Sequence record: QB031381.1 | Direction: 5' to 3' (one strand) | Origin: a phage | DNA length: 44,356 nt | Part shown: in pieces, positions 16,732-25,897 of the stretch | How the letters are laid out: the number at the start of each line of letters is the position of its first letter | Numbering within the stretch: position 1 is the stretch's first letter | Position numbers and translations under genes: made by a program | The notes under the pieces: model-generated | What the model saw: the letters and a program-made list of their open reading frames with translations, nothing else | Database searches by the model: none | Told to the model about the DNA's origin: nothing

Positions 16732-19022
16732 TATTTTCTGTACCTATACATAATGTCGCCTTCCGCGGCAAGCGGGAAGCCTTTCGCCCAAACCGGCAGG
16801 TCGCACATCAGCGCGCACAACTCCTCGGTTGTGTAGTCGGCAGTATCCGGCACTTCGGTTATCAGTTCATCGTGTACGGACAGTACGATCTCATATCCAG
16901 CAGCTTCAACGCCCGGCATGGACCATGCGAGGATATCGCGACACAGCGCCTGCACGATGTTTTCCGTGAGTTTGCCGCCGTAGGTGTACTGGGATCCCCA
17001 CTGGCGCGTCGTCTGATTCTCACCCTGATATTTAATGCGGGTGCTGGTGCGTTTCTTGCCGGTATCTTCGTCGATCTCGGTCGTCACTGACAGCGCAATG
17101 CCTGGATAACTCATAATACGCCCCGACGGCAACTCAATTTTCAACCACCACCCCGCGGCGTTCGGGTCGTCGCGTTCCTCGTCGAAGGTTGGGTCATGCT
17201 TCGCCTTCGTGCGGACTATCTTGAGCGCTTTCTTTCCATCCGGGCGAACGTTCGCGCCCGCCCAGTACGCTTTGCCCGGATTGCGGATTGCACACAACAC
17301 CGCATCTTCCAGTTCGGCCCAAAAGGCTACCGTCTTCGGGTGAGCCTCGCGCCACATGCGTTTGATCGCGTCACACGTCAGCCATACGTTTTTCGGCAGT
17401 ATGTAAGTCGGGCGCTCGTCCTTCTTGCCCGGCTTCGGCGGTCGCTTCGCTTCGTTAATGCGGGCGTACTCATAACCACGTTTCGCCGCCGCCCAAATGT
17501 GATCGGGGAATGTGCCCTTCATCACGTCAGCCATCGCATAAAGGTCGAGGCCCAGGTTTTTAGCGAACTGCAAGAACGCAGCCACGCCACCACCATAGCC
17601 AAGGCCCAATTCGCACGCCTTACCGATCTGGCGTAAGTCTTTGCGGTTGGCTTTAATGTATTCCGGGTCGAGGCCGAACATTTTACCGGCAGTCTCACAA
17701 TAAATATCGCGACCGGCCCTAAACACCATTAGCGCGGTTTTCTCTCCAGCGATCCAGGCGAGGCCACGCCCTTCCACGTTGGAGTAGTCAGCCACGACAA
17801 ACTTCTTGCCCTTCGCCGGAATAATGCACCCGCGAACAGTCGAGGCCGTTAGCTTCGATATGTCATACGCCCAGTGCGCTGTCCCGCGTAACAGGGAGTT
17901 GATGCCGTTGGTGAGCATGTGCGACCGAACCCAAAAAGAAACGTCGCTCTCGCCATCCCGGCGCTTAATCTTCCCTTCGTGGTCGTCACTATACTCGCCG
18001 CGTGCCAGGTTTTGCGGCTGGAAGCCTTTACCAGCCCAGCGCAGCGTGCGCTTTGCCCCACCATACTGAAGACAACCACGGCGGCGACCATCGGAAGACA
18101 GGCCATTTACGAGCGGATTGTACTTAGTCGATGCCGTTGATGATGCCCCGAGGCGCATCTCGATAAGCACTTTGCCTTCGTCTGGGAAGTCCGGGTCTTC
18201 CAGCAGGTCGTTAAGTGTGGACTTCTGCGCGTTGTGGATCGTGAACGCAGGCGCGAGGTCGCGCAGCGCGGGCAAGAAGTCATTGCCGGTCAGCTTACCG
18301 CCGAAGCGCTCCCATGCTTCTTCCTTCAATTCTTCCTTATGCGCCTGTACCGCTTTGATCGCAGCGCGCGCCAGGTCGACGTCCACATAGAAGCCGCGGT
18401 CATTGATCAACTGGTCAATAAGCAGGATTTCGTCTTCCTTCGGCGTGTTGCCCCAGTCCGGTATGCGCCAATAGACTTCCCTCATAGCGATGATATCCAA
18501 CGCGGCATAGCGCAGGAATTTGGCCCATTCTTCTGGGTGAGTCTTGCGGGTGTAACGGCGGATTTTGTAGGTCTTAGGGGTAGGCTTACAGAATCGTTTG
18601 ATCAGCGCCTTGCCCGCCTTATCCTTCGCGTGCTCTGCGTCAACGCCCAACACCTGACACTGCATATCGAGGCTACCAGGCAACGCGTGCCGAAAGGCCA
18701 TAATCATGGTGTCTTCGATCTGGCACACTGGCAGGTCAATGCCCCACTTCTCGCGAATAACCAGGCGGTCAAACAGGAGGCCGTTAGCCATCACGATTTT
18801 TGCTTTCTTGCGGGATACCCGGCGGAGCGCCTTGCGCAGTTCACGCGGCATTGTGGGGGACTCGGTGCAATCCCACGTTTGCACGCGGCCCTCGTCGATG
18901 GCGTATGTGCAAATCATAATCTCGGTAGTTGGGTGTTCCGCGTAGGCGTACGCACCAACTTTCTTCAGGTCTACCCCGCTAAATGTCTCGGTGTCGAGAA
19001 ACAGGCGTTCGAAGTCTTTCAT
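16731..19022 (-). CDS. Family A DNA polymerase (PolI-like) with 3'-5' exonuclease domain
   Basis: Exo motif FLDTETF; polymerase motifs DYSNVEGR, KxxxLGLGYGGG and VHDEL; 763 aa. Confidence 0.85.
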   Translation of the reverse strand: MKDFERLFLDTETFSGVDLKKVGAYAYAEHPTTEIMICTYAIDEGRVQTWDCTESPTMPRELRKALRRVSRKKAKIVMANGLLFDRLVIREKWGIDLPVCQIEDTMIMAFRHALPGSLDMQCQVLGVDAEHAKDKAGKALIKRFCKPTPKTYKIRRYTRKTHPEEWAKFLRYAALDIIAMREVYWRIPDWGNTPKEDEILLIDQLINDRGFYVDVDLARAAIKAVQAHKEELKEEAWERFGGKLTGNDFLPALRDLAPAFTIHNAQKSTLNDLLEDPDFPDEGKVLIEMRLGASSTASTKYNPLVNGLSSDGRRRGCLQYGGAKRTLRWAGKGFQPQNLARGEYSDDHEGKIKRRDGESDVSFWVRSHMLTNGINSLLRGTAHWAYDISKLTASTVRGCIIPAKGKKFVVADYSNVEGRGLAWIAGEKTALMVFRAGRDIYCETAGKMFGLDPEYIKANRKDLRQIGKACELGLGYGGGVAAFLQFAKNLGLDLYAMADVMKGTFPDHIWAAAKRGYEYARINEAKRPPKPGKKDERPTYILPKNVWLTCDAIKRMWREAHPKTVAFWAELEDAVLCAIRNPGKAYWAGANVRPDGKKALKIVRTKAKHDPTFDEERDDPNAAGWWLKIELPSGRIMSYPGIALSVTTEIDEDTGKKRTSTRIKYQGENQTTRQWGSQYTYGGKLTENIVQALCRDILAWSMPGVEAAGYEIVLSVHDELITEVPDTADYTTEELCALMCDLPVWAKGFPLAAEGDIMYRYRK

Positions 19023-19195
19023 TGCTTAACCCTCACTACGGCGTCAGCGCTGCCGATCATGGAGAAGACGCCATCGGAAAGGGTAATCTCCTCGCCGTTG
19101 TTGCGAATCTCGGCAACTGTGAAATATTCTCCCAGCATTTTGGACCATACCTGCATTCCGACTTTTACTTTGCTGGCTTTAATACGCATTTTCAT
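19020..19195 (-). CDS. Small hypothetical protein, translationally coupled to the polymerase gene
   Basis: 58-aa ORF (MKMRIKASKVKVGMQVW...) below the 60-aa ORF-track cut-off; AGGA RBS; its stop overlaps the polymerase ATG. Confidence 0.35.
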
Positions 19196-19246
19196 TGTCC
19201 TATTAAAAAGCCCGCATTAAGCGGGCTTGAATAGTGGGCTTCGCCC

Positions 19247-20026
19247 TTAACGGCGGCGACGTTTACGTGGTGCTTCGTCTTCGTCGTCTTCGTCCTCATC
19301 TTCATCGTCGCGCGGCTTACGACGTTTACGAGGTTTTTCATCTTCGTCGTCGTCATCGCGGCGCTTGGACTTTTTGGACTTGCGCGGCTTGTCGTCTTCG
19401 TCATCGTCATCACGACGTTTTGACTTTTTGGACTTGCGTGGGCTTTCATCTTCGTCATCGTTGTCCAGGTCTTCGTCGGAGCAAGAAGACCCGCCACCGC
19501 CGAAGGCTTCGCCGTCATCACGGAAGCGCAGACCCAAAAGACCAGCACCGAGTCCCTTGCCGTTGGTATTGTTCCACGCCCAAATATCCAGGGACACATT
19601 GCAATAACAACCGGAGTAGATCTCCTGGCCTTCGATCTCGTCGCCTTCTACGGTCAGACCTTGTTCCGTCTGCTTCTCGCCGAGTGACGTTTGAATGATC
19701 GGCTGTTTGAACGATTTGGCGTTGATGTACAACATGCCTTCGAATTCTTCGGTTACTTCGTCGCGCTCGTCACCGTCGCGAACTGCGCATTCCTTAGAAT
19801 CCTGGGCGTAGTGGCGGTCCATCCACTTATCAGCATTCTTCTCGGATTTCAGCTTGTCGGTGAGCACTGCGCGCGCTGCCGCTTCCACTTTGTCCACCTG
19901 CGGATCTTCTTTATCAAGAATAATCACTGCACGGTATGCCGGTTTTTGACCATCCTGTTTAGGGGTATCGCGTTCCCAAATTTTAAGGAAACATACGCGC
20001 ACATTTTTCAGGTTGACTTTAGCCAT
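19247..20026 (-). CDS. Putative ssDNA-binding protein with a long charged repeat C-terminal extension
   Basis: Start MAKVNLKNVRV with GAGGAA RBS. Sits between the Cas4-like nuclease and the polymerase. Gly-rich linker then an acidic/basic repeat tail. Confidence 0.5.
   Translation of the reverse strand: MAKVNLKNVRVCFLKIWERDTPKQDGQKPAYRAVIILDKEDPQVDKVEAAARAVLTDKLKSEKNADKWMDRHYAQDSKECAVRDGDERDEVTEEFEGMLYINAKSFKQPIIQTSLGEKQTEQGLTVEGDEIEGQEIYSGCYCNVSLDIWAWNNTNGKGLGAGLLGLRFRDDGEAFGGGGSSCSDEDLDNDDEDESPRKSKKSKRRDDDDEDDKPRKSKKSKRRDDDDEDEKPRKRRKPRDDEDEDEDDEDEAPRKRRRR
19250..19460 (-). repeat. In-frame tandem repeat (about 51-nt period) encoding KPRKSKKSKRRDDDDED-type units
   Basis: Near-identical nucleotide units visible at 19362..19440; about 3.5 units at protein level. 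Confidence 0.7.
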
Positions 20027-20091
20027 TTTCCAATTCCTCATTCTCGCATGTATCGGGGTTATTATGAGCCACCCCGTTCGGCTTGGTTGCT

Positions 20092-20121
20092 AATCTACTT
20101 GGTTGCGCCTGGGTGGTCAAG
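20092..20121 (-). promoter_or_regulatory. Candidate promoter (TTGACC-N18-TAGATT) with two TTGGTTGC copies
   Basis: Motif copies at 20083..20090 and 20099..20106 upstream of the SSB-like gene. Confidence 0.3.
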
Positions 20122-20359
20122 CATTTTCATTAAAAAGATTTCGGGTCACGTAGTTGGTGGCGTTCTCGACCCAGCTTAGCGGCGGGCGTTCGATGTTCTT
20201 TTCCACCCAATAGACGGCAGCTTCGCTATAGCCGTCGTCCAGCCAGCGGGTCGGATGGCGAATCATCCAGGCCACCATTAACACGCCTTGCACACAATGC
20301 AGGATAAAGCCCAGTGCGCCGAGCAAAAACATCAATAAGATTGCGAATACTTTATTCAT
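20117..20359 (-). CDS. Small membrane protein
   Basis: N-terminal TM segment (FAILLMFLLGALGFILHCV); 80 aa. Confidence 0.4.
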   Translation of the reverse strand: MNKVFAILLMFLLGALGFILHCVQGVLMVAWMIRHPTRWLDDGYSEAAVYWVEKNIERPPLSWVENATNYVTRNLFNENA

Positions 20360-21782
20360 TGCTTAAGTCCTCGTCAGTAGCTTCCGACCACGCGGGGCGC
20401 GGGTCGTCGATGGGCGCTAATACCGGTTTAGCCGGTGCGCGGGTGATTTTATCACACAGCTTCGCCCACACTTTCGGTTTTTCGTCCTTCAGCACCTTCT
20501 CGGCATCTGTCGGGCTGAGCAATGTTTCTTTGTACATCACATCGCGCTTGATCCGGGCCTTCGTGAAGATTTCAATCACTTCGCTCTCGTCTGCCCACTT
20601 ACGGATCCCTTCCTTACCGGCAACCATCTTAAGGCCCAACGATTTGCCATCGCCCGCCATGACCGCCTTGAATACCGCGGATTCGATAGCTTTGATGTGC
20701 TGGCGCATTGCGTCAAGTCCTTCATAAGCCTTGCGCAGTTCCGCCGCGCTCATAGCGCCTGGGGTGGATTCCTTCTTGCCCCGTTTAGCACGTCGGGCAG
20801 CCTTCCGGGCTTCGCGGGCCATATTGCGGTCGTGGTTGGCGCACTCTTCCTCGGTTGCCACGCTCACGTCGTCGCCCAGGTCTTCGTCGGTTGCCGTTGG
20901 TGGCGTCATTGTGTCGATTGCGGCCTTCGCCCGGACGCTGCACTGGTCCGCAAATCTGCACCACTGGCACGCATCGACGCTGGGCCGGAAGTCGGCGCGG
21001 GTCAGTCCCTTCTTGCCACGGGCGTATGTATCGAGCGCGGCGATAGCACGCTTGGACGCAAACTTCGCGGATATCTCCAGCGCTTCCACTGAGATATCCC
21101 ACTCTGACGCCCCGCCGCAATACGGCTGGAAGATGACCAGGCGCACGGTCGTAATGTCATACATGGTTTGCAGCTTGCGCAGCAGGCCGAGCGCGTACAA
21201 CATAAGCTGTTTGTTTTCTTTCGCCTCGACCTTATGTCGCCCGGTCTTCAAGTCGCCAACAATCAGCATGTACGTGCCATCGGTCTTCTTCATGACCATG
21301 ACCATATCGGCAGTGCCGAACGTCTTAACCTTGTTACCGTCGATCTCGACTCCTGGGTGGAGGACGCGGGTGAGATCGGCGCGCATCTCAAGCTGGACAA
21401 ACTCCGCCACTTCGAGGAGCGGTCGCCAGTGGTCGATGTACGCGTCGCACTGTTTCACCATATCGTCGTTGACCAGTACGCCGCCTTTCGGTGCTTTCGG
21501 GTGCGCCTTTACTGGCCCCTTGCCTTCATTCTCGACGTAACATCCTTTATACGTCTTTGCTGTTATCAGCTTTTCACCGGCGATAATGCGGTTTAGCACC
21601 ACTTCAGATACGGTGTGCATACTCGTACCGTTAATCGCGGCTTGCCCGGATTCGTTCGGGATATCTTTTTCTACCACCAGGGCGGCGGGACACCCCATCC
21701 ATTTTTTAGCACCGGATGGGCCAAGTAATGAGTGTTCCGTATTGCTGCCGGATTGCGTTTTACGTTTTGGTTTAATCGCCAT
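20352..21782 (-). CDS. PD-(D/E)xK exonuclease, Cas4-like, with four-Cys cluster
   Basis: N-terminal SGAKKWMGCPA plus C-terminal CQWCRFADQC (C-x2-C-x5-C) gives a four-Cys arrangement like Cas4/AddB-type Fe-S nucleases; 476 aa. Confidence 0.6.
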   Translation of the reverse strand: MAIKPKRKTQSGSNTEHSLLGPSGAKKWMGCPAALVVEKDIPNESGQAAINGTSMHTVSEVVLNRIIAGEKLITAKTYKGCYVENEGKGPVKAHPKAPKGGVLVNDDMVKQCDAYIDHWRPLLEVAEFVQLEMRADLTRVLHPGVEIDGNKVKTFGTADMVMVMKKTDGTYMLIVGDLKTGRHKVEAKENKQLMLYALGLLRKLQTMYDITTVRLVIFQPYCGGASEWDISVEALEISAKFASKRAIAALDTYARGKKGLTRADFRPSVDACQWCRFADQCSVRAKAAIDTMTPPTATDEDLGDDVSVATEEECANHDRNMAREARKAARRAKRGKKESTPGAMSAAELRKAYEGLDAMRQHIKAIESAVFKAVMAGDGKSLGLKMVAGKEGIRKWADESEVIEIFTKARIKRDVMYKETLLSPTDAEKVLKDEKPKVWAKLCDKITRAPAKPVLAPIDDPRPAWSEATDEDLSNE

Positions 21783-21970
21783 TATTCCACCCTTGAAAAC
21801 TGAGCAATGTAATATTCATGTTTAACACCGGCCCGCTTCGCGGCTTCGTTCATGGTAGCCGCCAAACCTCTGGCTTGAGTCCAGCAGCAATTCCAGTTCT
21901 GATTCATAACGATTTCTGGTTGCTCATCGCCGGTAATACGGCAGCGAAATAAAACGAAAAATATAGCCAT
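21782..21970 (-). CDS. Hypothetical protein
   Basis: 62-aa ORF; start uncertain. Confidence 0.3.
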   Translation of the reverse strand: MAIFFVLFRCRITGDEQPEIVMNQNWNCCWTQARGLAATMNEAAKRAGVKHEYYIAQFSRVE

Positions 21971-22222
21971 TTATTTTGTCTCCCAGCGGTCAATTGTTTT
22001 TGCTTCGGATGCAACTGCGAAGCGAACATATTCCAGATTGGAATCCGCCCAAATATAAAAGTCGGGGTTAGTAAAAGTGGTGCGCTTAATTTGCGCGGGG
22101 GTGTTGCGGCGTTTATCAATTACAGCAACGCGTGACTGAAAGCTGCCGATGCGTTCGAATAACCAATAGTACGGGCGCTGGTCGCGGGAATCCACCGCCT
22201 CGATTAGCGTGAAGCGTGCCAT
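21971..22222 (-). CDS. Hypothetical protein
   Basis: 83-aa ORF immediately downstream of a terminator hairpin. Confidence 0.4.
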   Translation of the reverse strand: MARFTLIEAVDSRDQRPYYWLFERIGSFQSRVAVIDKRRNTPAQIKRTTFTNPDFYIWADSNLEYVRFAVASEAKTIDRWETK

Positions 22223-22232
22223 TGTCTCGTCC

Positions 22233-22262
22233 TCTAAAAAGAGGCCCGCAGATTAGCGGGCC
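22233..22262 (-). terminator. Rho-independent terminator
   Basis: Minus strand GGCCCGC-TAATCT-GCGGGCC followed by TCTTTTT. Confidence 0.5.
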
Positions 22263-22270
22263 GGATAATA

Positions 22271-22786
22271 TTAGTCTTCCAGTTCGAAATACGTTTCTAC
22301 GATTTCTTTAAGTTCTGTGTGGAAGTCTGCCACGTCGTCGTCTTCCAGTTTAGCGATTGATTTGATCTCGAACGATTCCAGCAGGTCGTCAAATTCGTCG
22401 TTCGCATCATCATCATCACCGCCAGCGATAATCGCGGCATACTGTTTGATCTCGTCGCGCATCTCTGCCAGCGGATCGGCATCTTTCTTACCTTTGCCTT
22501 TCGCTGGTGCTTTTTTACCCTTCGCCGGTTTTTCGTCTTCGGCGTCATCCTCGTCGTCATCATCCTCTACGACTTCTTTTTTGGCCTTACCTTTCGCCGG
22601 GGCTTTTTTGGTTTTCGCGGGTGCTTCGTCTTCAGCGTCGTCATCTTCTACGACTTCTTTTTTGGCCTTAGACGGCTTTTTATCTTCCTGCTTACCAACG
22701 GCAGCGCCAACGGTTTCATAATGTTTAGCGATGATTTCCAGTGCTACTACGCCGCGAGTGATCAGGTTTACGATTTGCTCAAACAT
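22271..22786 (-). CDS. Acidic protein with lysine-rich and Asp/Glu-rich tandem repeats; first gene of the leftward operon
   Basis: Internal ATG (MFEQIVNL) with GGAG RBS. Alternating KKAPAKGK and EVVEDDDAEDE blocks and an acidic C-terminus. Confidence 0.5.
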   Translation of the reverse strand: MFEQIVNLITRGVVALEIIAKHYETVGAAVGKQEDKKPSKAKKEVVEDDDAEDEAPAKTKKAPAKGKAKKEVVEDDDDEDDAEDEKPAKGKKAPAKGKGKKDADPLAEMRDEIKQYAAIIAGGDDDDANDEFDDLLESFEIKSIAKLEDDDVADFHTELKEIVETYFELED

Positions 22787-22982
22787 GGTATATCTCCGAT
22801 TGGTTAAGTTTAGGTGTCGACAGTTAACTTCGTCGGTGGCCTTAACATAGTGCCTGGTTGCGCGTTCTCCCTTTCGGGTAGTGGACCAGGTTATATAATC
22901 ACGGTTGGGAATCCTGACACTTCGATCCGGCCCCTGCGTTGCCCCTCTCCAGTTTGCGTCCTGCATCCTGTCGACGGGGTGA

Positions 22983-23012
22983 ATAATAGATTGGTTGCAG
23001 GATAGGTGTCAA
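22983..23012 (-). promoter_or_regulatory. Candidate leftward promoter (TTGACA-N18-TATTAT)
   Basis: Minus-strand reading; the spacer contains a TTGGTTGC copy (22991..22998). Confidence 0.4.
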
Positions 23013-23022
23013 CAACTAATTT

Positions 23023-23057
23023 AAAAAAAAAGCGCCGAGGCAAAATGCAACGGCGCT
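23023..23057 (-). terminator. Orphan intrinsic-terminator-like hairpin in the divergent control region
   Basis: Minus-strand AGCGCCG-loop-CGGCGCT followed by nine U; lies between the leftward and rightward promoters. Confidence 0.4.
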
Positions 23058-23127
23058 AACCAATAAGAGACAATGAGACGGGAGTATTATTACACGCGTG
23101 CGCGCCCGTTTCAATATTCCAAAGGAG

Positions 23128-23156
23128 TTGACACCCCGCGGTTTTAGGTGTAGTTT
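23128..23156 (+). promoter_or_regulatory. Candidate rightward promoter (TTGACA-N17-TAGTTT)
   Basis: Consensus -35 hexamer 55 nt upstream of the ATG at 23188. Confidence 0.45.
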
Positions 23157-23187
23157 CGTTGGTCATTAACCAACCGGAGACAGAACA

Positions 23188-23517
23188 ATGAATATCGACG
23201 ACGCAATCGAAATGTTAACTAAGACTGTTTGCAGTGAGACAAGCCGGTCCTGGGCATATACCGATGCCGTGGGTGCGGTGCTATTTGAAATCGAACGTCT
23301 GCGACTTACCGAAAAAGAATTGCGCGCGAAGCTGGAATTACTCAACGGTACGGCAGCAAGCAAGCTGCAAAAGCACAATGAGGAAATGGAAGAATACAAA
23401 AAACAGGTTATCCGTTTGCGCGATGAGGGGAAGTCATGGGCAATGATCGCTGAGTTGACAGGAATTAACCAAAGCACCGTGCGCTCCTGGGTACGCAATA
23501 ACAAAACTTCTAAGTAA
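23188..23517 (+). CDS. Small DNA-binding protein with C-terminal HTH
   Basis: C-terminal helix-turn-helix-like segment (KSWAMIAELTGINQSTVRSWV); first gene of the rightward operon. Confidence 0.5.
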   Translation: MNIDDAIEMLTKTVCSETSRSWAYTDAVGAVLFEIERLRLTEKELRAKLELLNGTAASKLQKHNEEMEEYKKQVIRLRDEGKSWAMIAELTGINQSTVRSWVRNNKTSK

Positions 23518-23527
23518 GGCCACGGCA

Positions 23528-25792
23528 ATGAGCTTAATTAAATTCGCTGTAACACGACCCGCTAAAAAAGGCGAAAAAGCCAGGGCGGAAAACTTCCAGA
23601 TGACAACTGATGAATTTTTCGAATTTATCAATGACGCGAAAGAAATCTCATCGGTGCACATCAACAAGACCGAGGATAAAGCCGAGTATGCGCGCCGCAA
23701 GCGCAAGGCCGATGGCATCGTGGCATATACCAGTGACGGCCTACGCCGTAAGACCAGCGCGGTGGACCGCTCGATCCTGTTCTTTGATATTGACCGCACC
23801 GATACTCGCACCTTGCGCCGCTGCCGTAAGGCTTTCATCGACGCGGGTCTGGAACACGTATTCCACACCACAACCGGCGACCGTCACCCACTGAAAGGCG
23901 GCACGCGTTGCGCCCGTTTCCTGGTGTTGACGGACAAGCCTGTCCCGGCGGAAGACCTGGGCCGTGTCCAGTATGCGCTATTACACCAACTTGGTCTGTC
24001 AGATGTGGACTTCGACGATTGCACGAAAGACACAAACCGCCTGATGTACCTGCCGCACCAGCAATCGGTTATTAAGTGCCGCTACGGCAAACGTGCCAAT
24101 GTGCGGCGTCTGCTCCGCCTGGCGGACAAGCTGGGGGTGGAGAAAGAGGAAGTACGCCGCGAACTAACCCAGGGCGACGACGAAGTGGCTGACGGCATTC
24201 TTGATTGGTGCTTCCAGGCTGGATTCGAGCCACTATCGTCCGGGCGTGGCTATGAAGTGCCGTGTCCGAACGAACATCTGCACAGCGGCGAAGGGTCGAC
24301 GGCTATCATGGTCAAGGATGGCGAGATCCGTTTCAAGTGTATGCACACCGGAAACGAGTGTTGCTCGGAACTGAACCGACACCAGCACCTGGCGCTTCGT
24401 CTTATCGGGATCCCGGACCACCTGAACGTCGAGCCACACAATATGTCCCGTAAGCAAATCGCCGCCATCCTGCCAGGTCTGGACGACGAGGAAGTCGAAT
24501 CCTTATATGATCACATTGTTGATGCGGTTGGCGACGGCGAAGAATATGGCGTGTGCACCGATGCGGATCTGGATAACGAGCCGGTTGCGCTGTTCAGTAA
24601 GCACGACCCGATCATCGAAGGTCTGATTAACTTCAAATCGACCTGGTATATGGCGGGCGAGTCGAACATCGGCAAGTCCTTCTATGTGCTGGGGCAGATG
24701 GGCGCGGTTGCCGCGGGTATCCCGTTTGGCGGTGCGAAGGTCGTCCAGTCTCATTGCTTCTATTTCGACGCGGAAGGCGGCGAAGCCTCCAACCAGCGCA
24801 AAGAAGCATTGCAGATTAAATACGAGCACGACCTGGATAAGCTGCACATTATCGATCTGCAATCACGCGGCTGGGATATCACCAGCAAATCAGGCTTGCG
24901 CGAAGTTATCAGCTATATCAACCGCACCGCTAACGGCGAGCCGGTCGGCCTGGTGGCGTTCGACTCACTCAACCAGACTGTTGCGTTGCGGTCCGCCGAT
25001 GCTAAACCGTTCGACGAGAACAACGCCAGCGATATGGGTGAAGTGGTCAAAGCGCTGAAAGCCATCGCGGAAAATACAGGCGGCAGTGCGGGCGTCATCC
25101 ACCACCCGGCGAAAGGGGCAAACGGCAGCAGAACGCCACGCGGGTCCGGCGCGCTGCATGGTGCTGTCGATTCTGCTTTCTTCCTGGAACAGCCGGACGA
25201 CAACCAGCCCGGACAATTGAACCTGTACCACGAAAAATCACGTAACGGCATCAAGCAAGCGCCGCGTGGCTTCGTCCTGCTCAAGTGCAAAGTTAAGGTT
25301 GATCTCCGCAAGTCTGAGGCATTCGCGTCGCACCAGTCCACCAGCACCGGGCCAGACTTCGGGGATGTGGTTGCCGGTTGGGACGTCAAGCCAATTGCAT
25401 CCACGCCACGCGACGAGACTCTCTACCTCGTACCGGTCGCCCTGGCACCGTTCGCTATAGAACAAGCGAAGGCCGCAGGAAAAGCCGCAGTTAAGGAAGA
25501 AAACGCCGCCGGTCCGCGCACCGAAAAAGAGAAAGTGCTTTATGCGGCCCTGGAAAAACTGATGGAAGATAACCCGGACCATACTGGTTTCAGTAAATCG
25601 GCAATCGTCCGCCAGGCGGGACTCGCTAAGGGTGGCACTTCGACGAAGGCAATCGACGATATGGTCGAGCGCGGCGTGATTGGTTTCTATACAGATCCGC
25701 ACACCGGGGCCATATATGGGTCGTCGAATTTAGTCATCAAATCGGATATCCCCATCACGCTTTCGGCGACCGATGATGACCTGAAAGATTAA
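23528..25792 (+). CDS. Primase-helicase (AEP-type primase/polymerase N-terminal domain plus P-loop NTPase domain)
   Basis: DxD motif (ILFFDIDRTD), Cys/His zinc-binding region (CPNEHLH...CMHTGNECC), Walker A (GESNIGKS) and a RecA-like segment; 754 aa. Confidence 0.7.
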   Translation: MSLIKFAVTRPAKKGEKARAENFQMTTDEFFEFINDAKEISSVHINKTEDKAEYARRKRKADGIVAYTSDGLRRKTSAVDRSILFFDIDRTDTRTLRRCRKAFIDAGLEHVFHTTTGDRHPLKGGTRCARFLVLTDKPVPAEDLGRVQYALLHQLGLSDVDFDDCTKDTNRLMYLPHQQSVIKCRYGKRANVRRLLRLADKLGVEKEEVRRELTQGDDEVADGILDWCFQAGFEPLSSGRGYEVPCPNEHLHSGEGSTAIMVKDGEIRFKCMHTGNECCSELNRHQHLALRLIGIPDHLNVEPHNMSRKQIAAILPGLDDEEVESLYDHIVDAVGDGEEYGVCTDADLDNEPVALFSKHDPIIEGLINFKSTWYMAGESNIGKSFYVLGQMGAVAAGIPFGGAKVVQSHCFYFDAEGGEASNQRKEALQIKYEHDLDKLHIIDLQSRGWDITSKSGLREVISYINRTANGEPVGLVAFDSLNQTVALRSADAKPFDENNASDMGEVVKALKAIAENTGGSAGVIHHPAKGANGSRTPRGSGALHGAVDSAFFLEQPDDNQPGQLNLYHEKSRNGIKQAPRGFVLLKCKVKVDLRKSEAFASHQSTSTGPDFGDVVAGWDVKPIASTPRDETLYLVPVALAPFAIEQAKAAGKAAVKEENAAGPRTEKEKVLYAALEKLMEDNPDHTGFSKSAIVRQAGLAKGGTSTKAIDDMVERGVIGFYTDPHTGAIYGSSNLVIKSDIPITLSATDDDLKD

Positions 25793-25897
25793 TTTTTGCG
25801 CGCATTGGTTGCCATTTTGAGTGTTTTTAGCTGGTAGCATTGGTTGCCGTGTAGTGTGAATATAGTGCATAGTTATGCAATAAAACTGCATAAAGTA

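Noticed and set aside
18234-19220. 328-aa plus-strand ORF antisense to the DNA polymerase gene, and similar ORFs at 20731..21540 and 15289..16083
   Set aside because: These are antisense shadows of the polymerase, exonuclease and helicase genes, with low-complexity Arg/Leu-rich translations.
22840-22930. Possible tRNA in the divergent intergenic region (GGTTGGGAATCC resembles a T-arm)
   Set aside because: No convincing cloverleaf could be built: the acceptor stem and anticodon arm are missing and the T-loop deviates from GGTTCGAATCC. Promoter elements explain the region better.
22787-22966. N-terminal 60 codons of listed ORF 22271..22966
   Set aside because: The ATG at 22966 has no RBS and the region overlaps promoter elements. 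The internal ATG at 22786 has a strong GGAG RBS.
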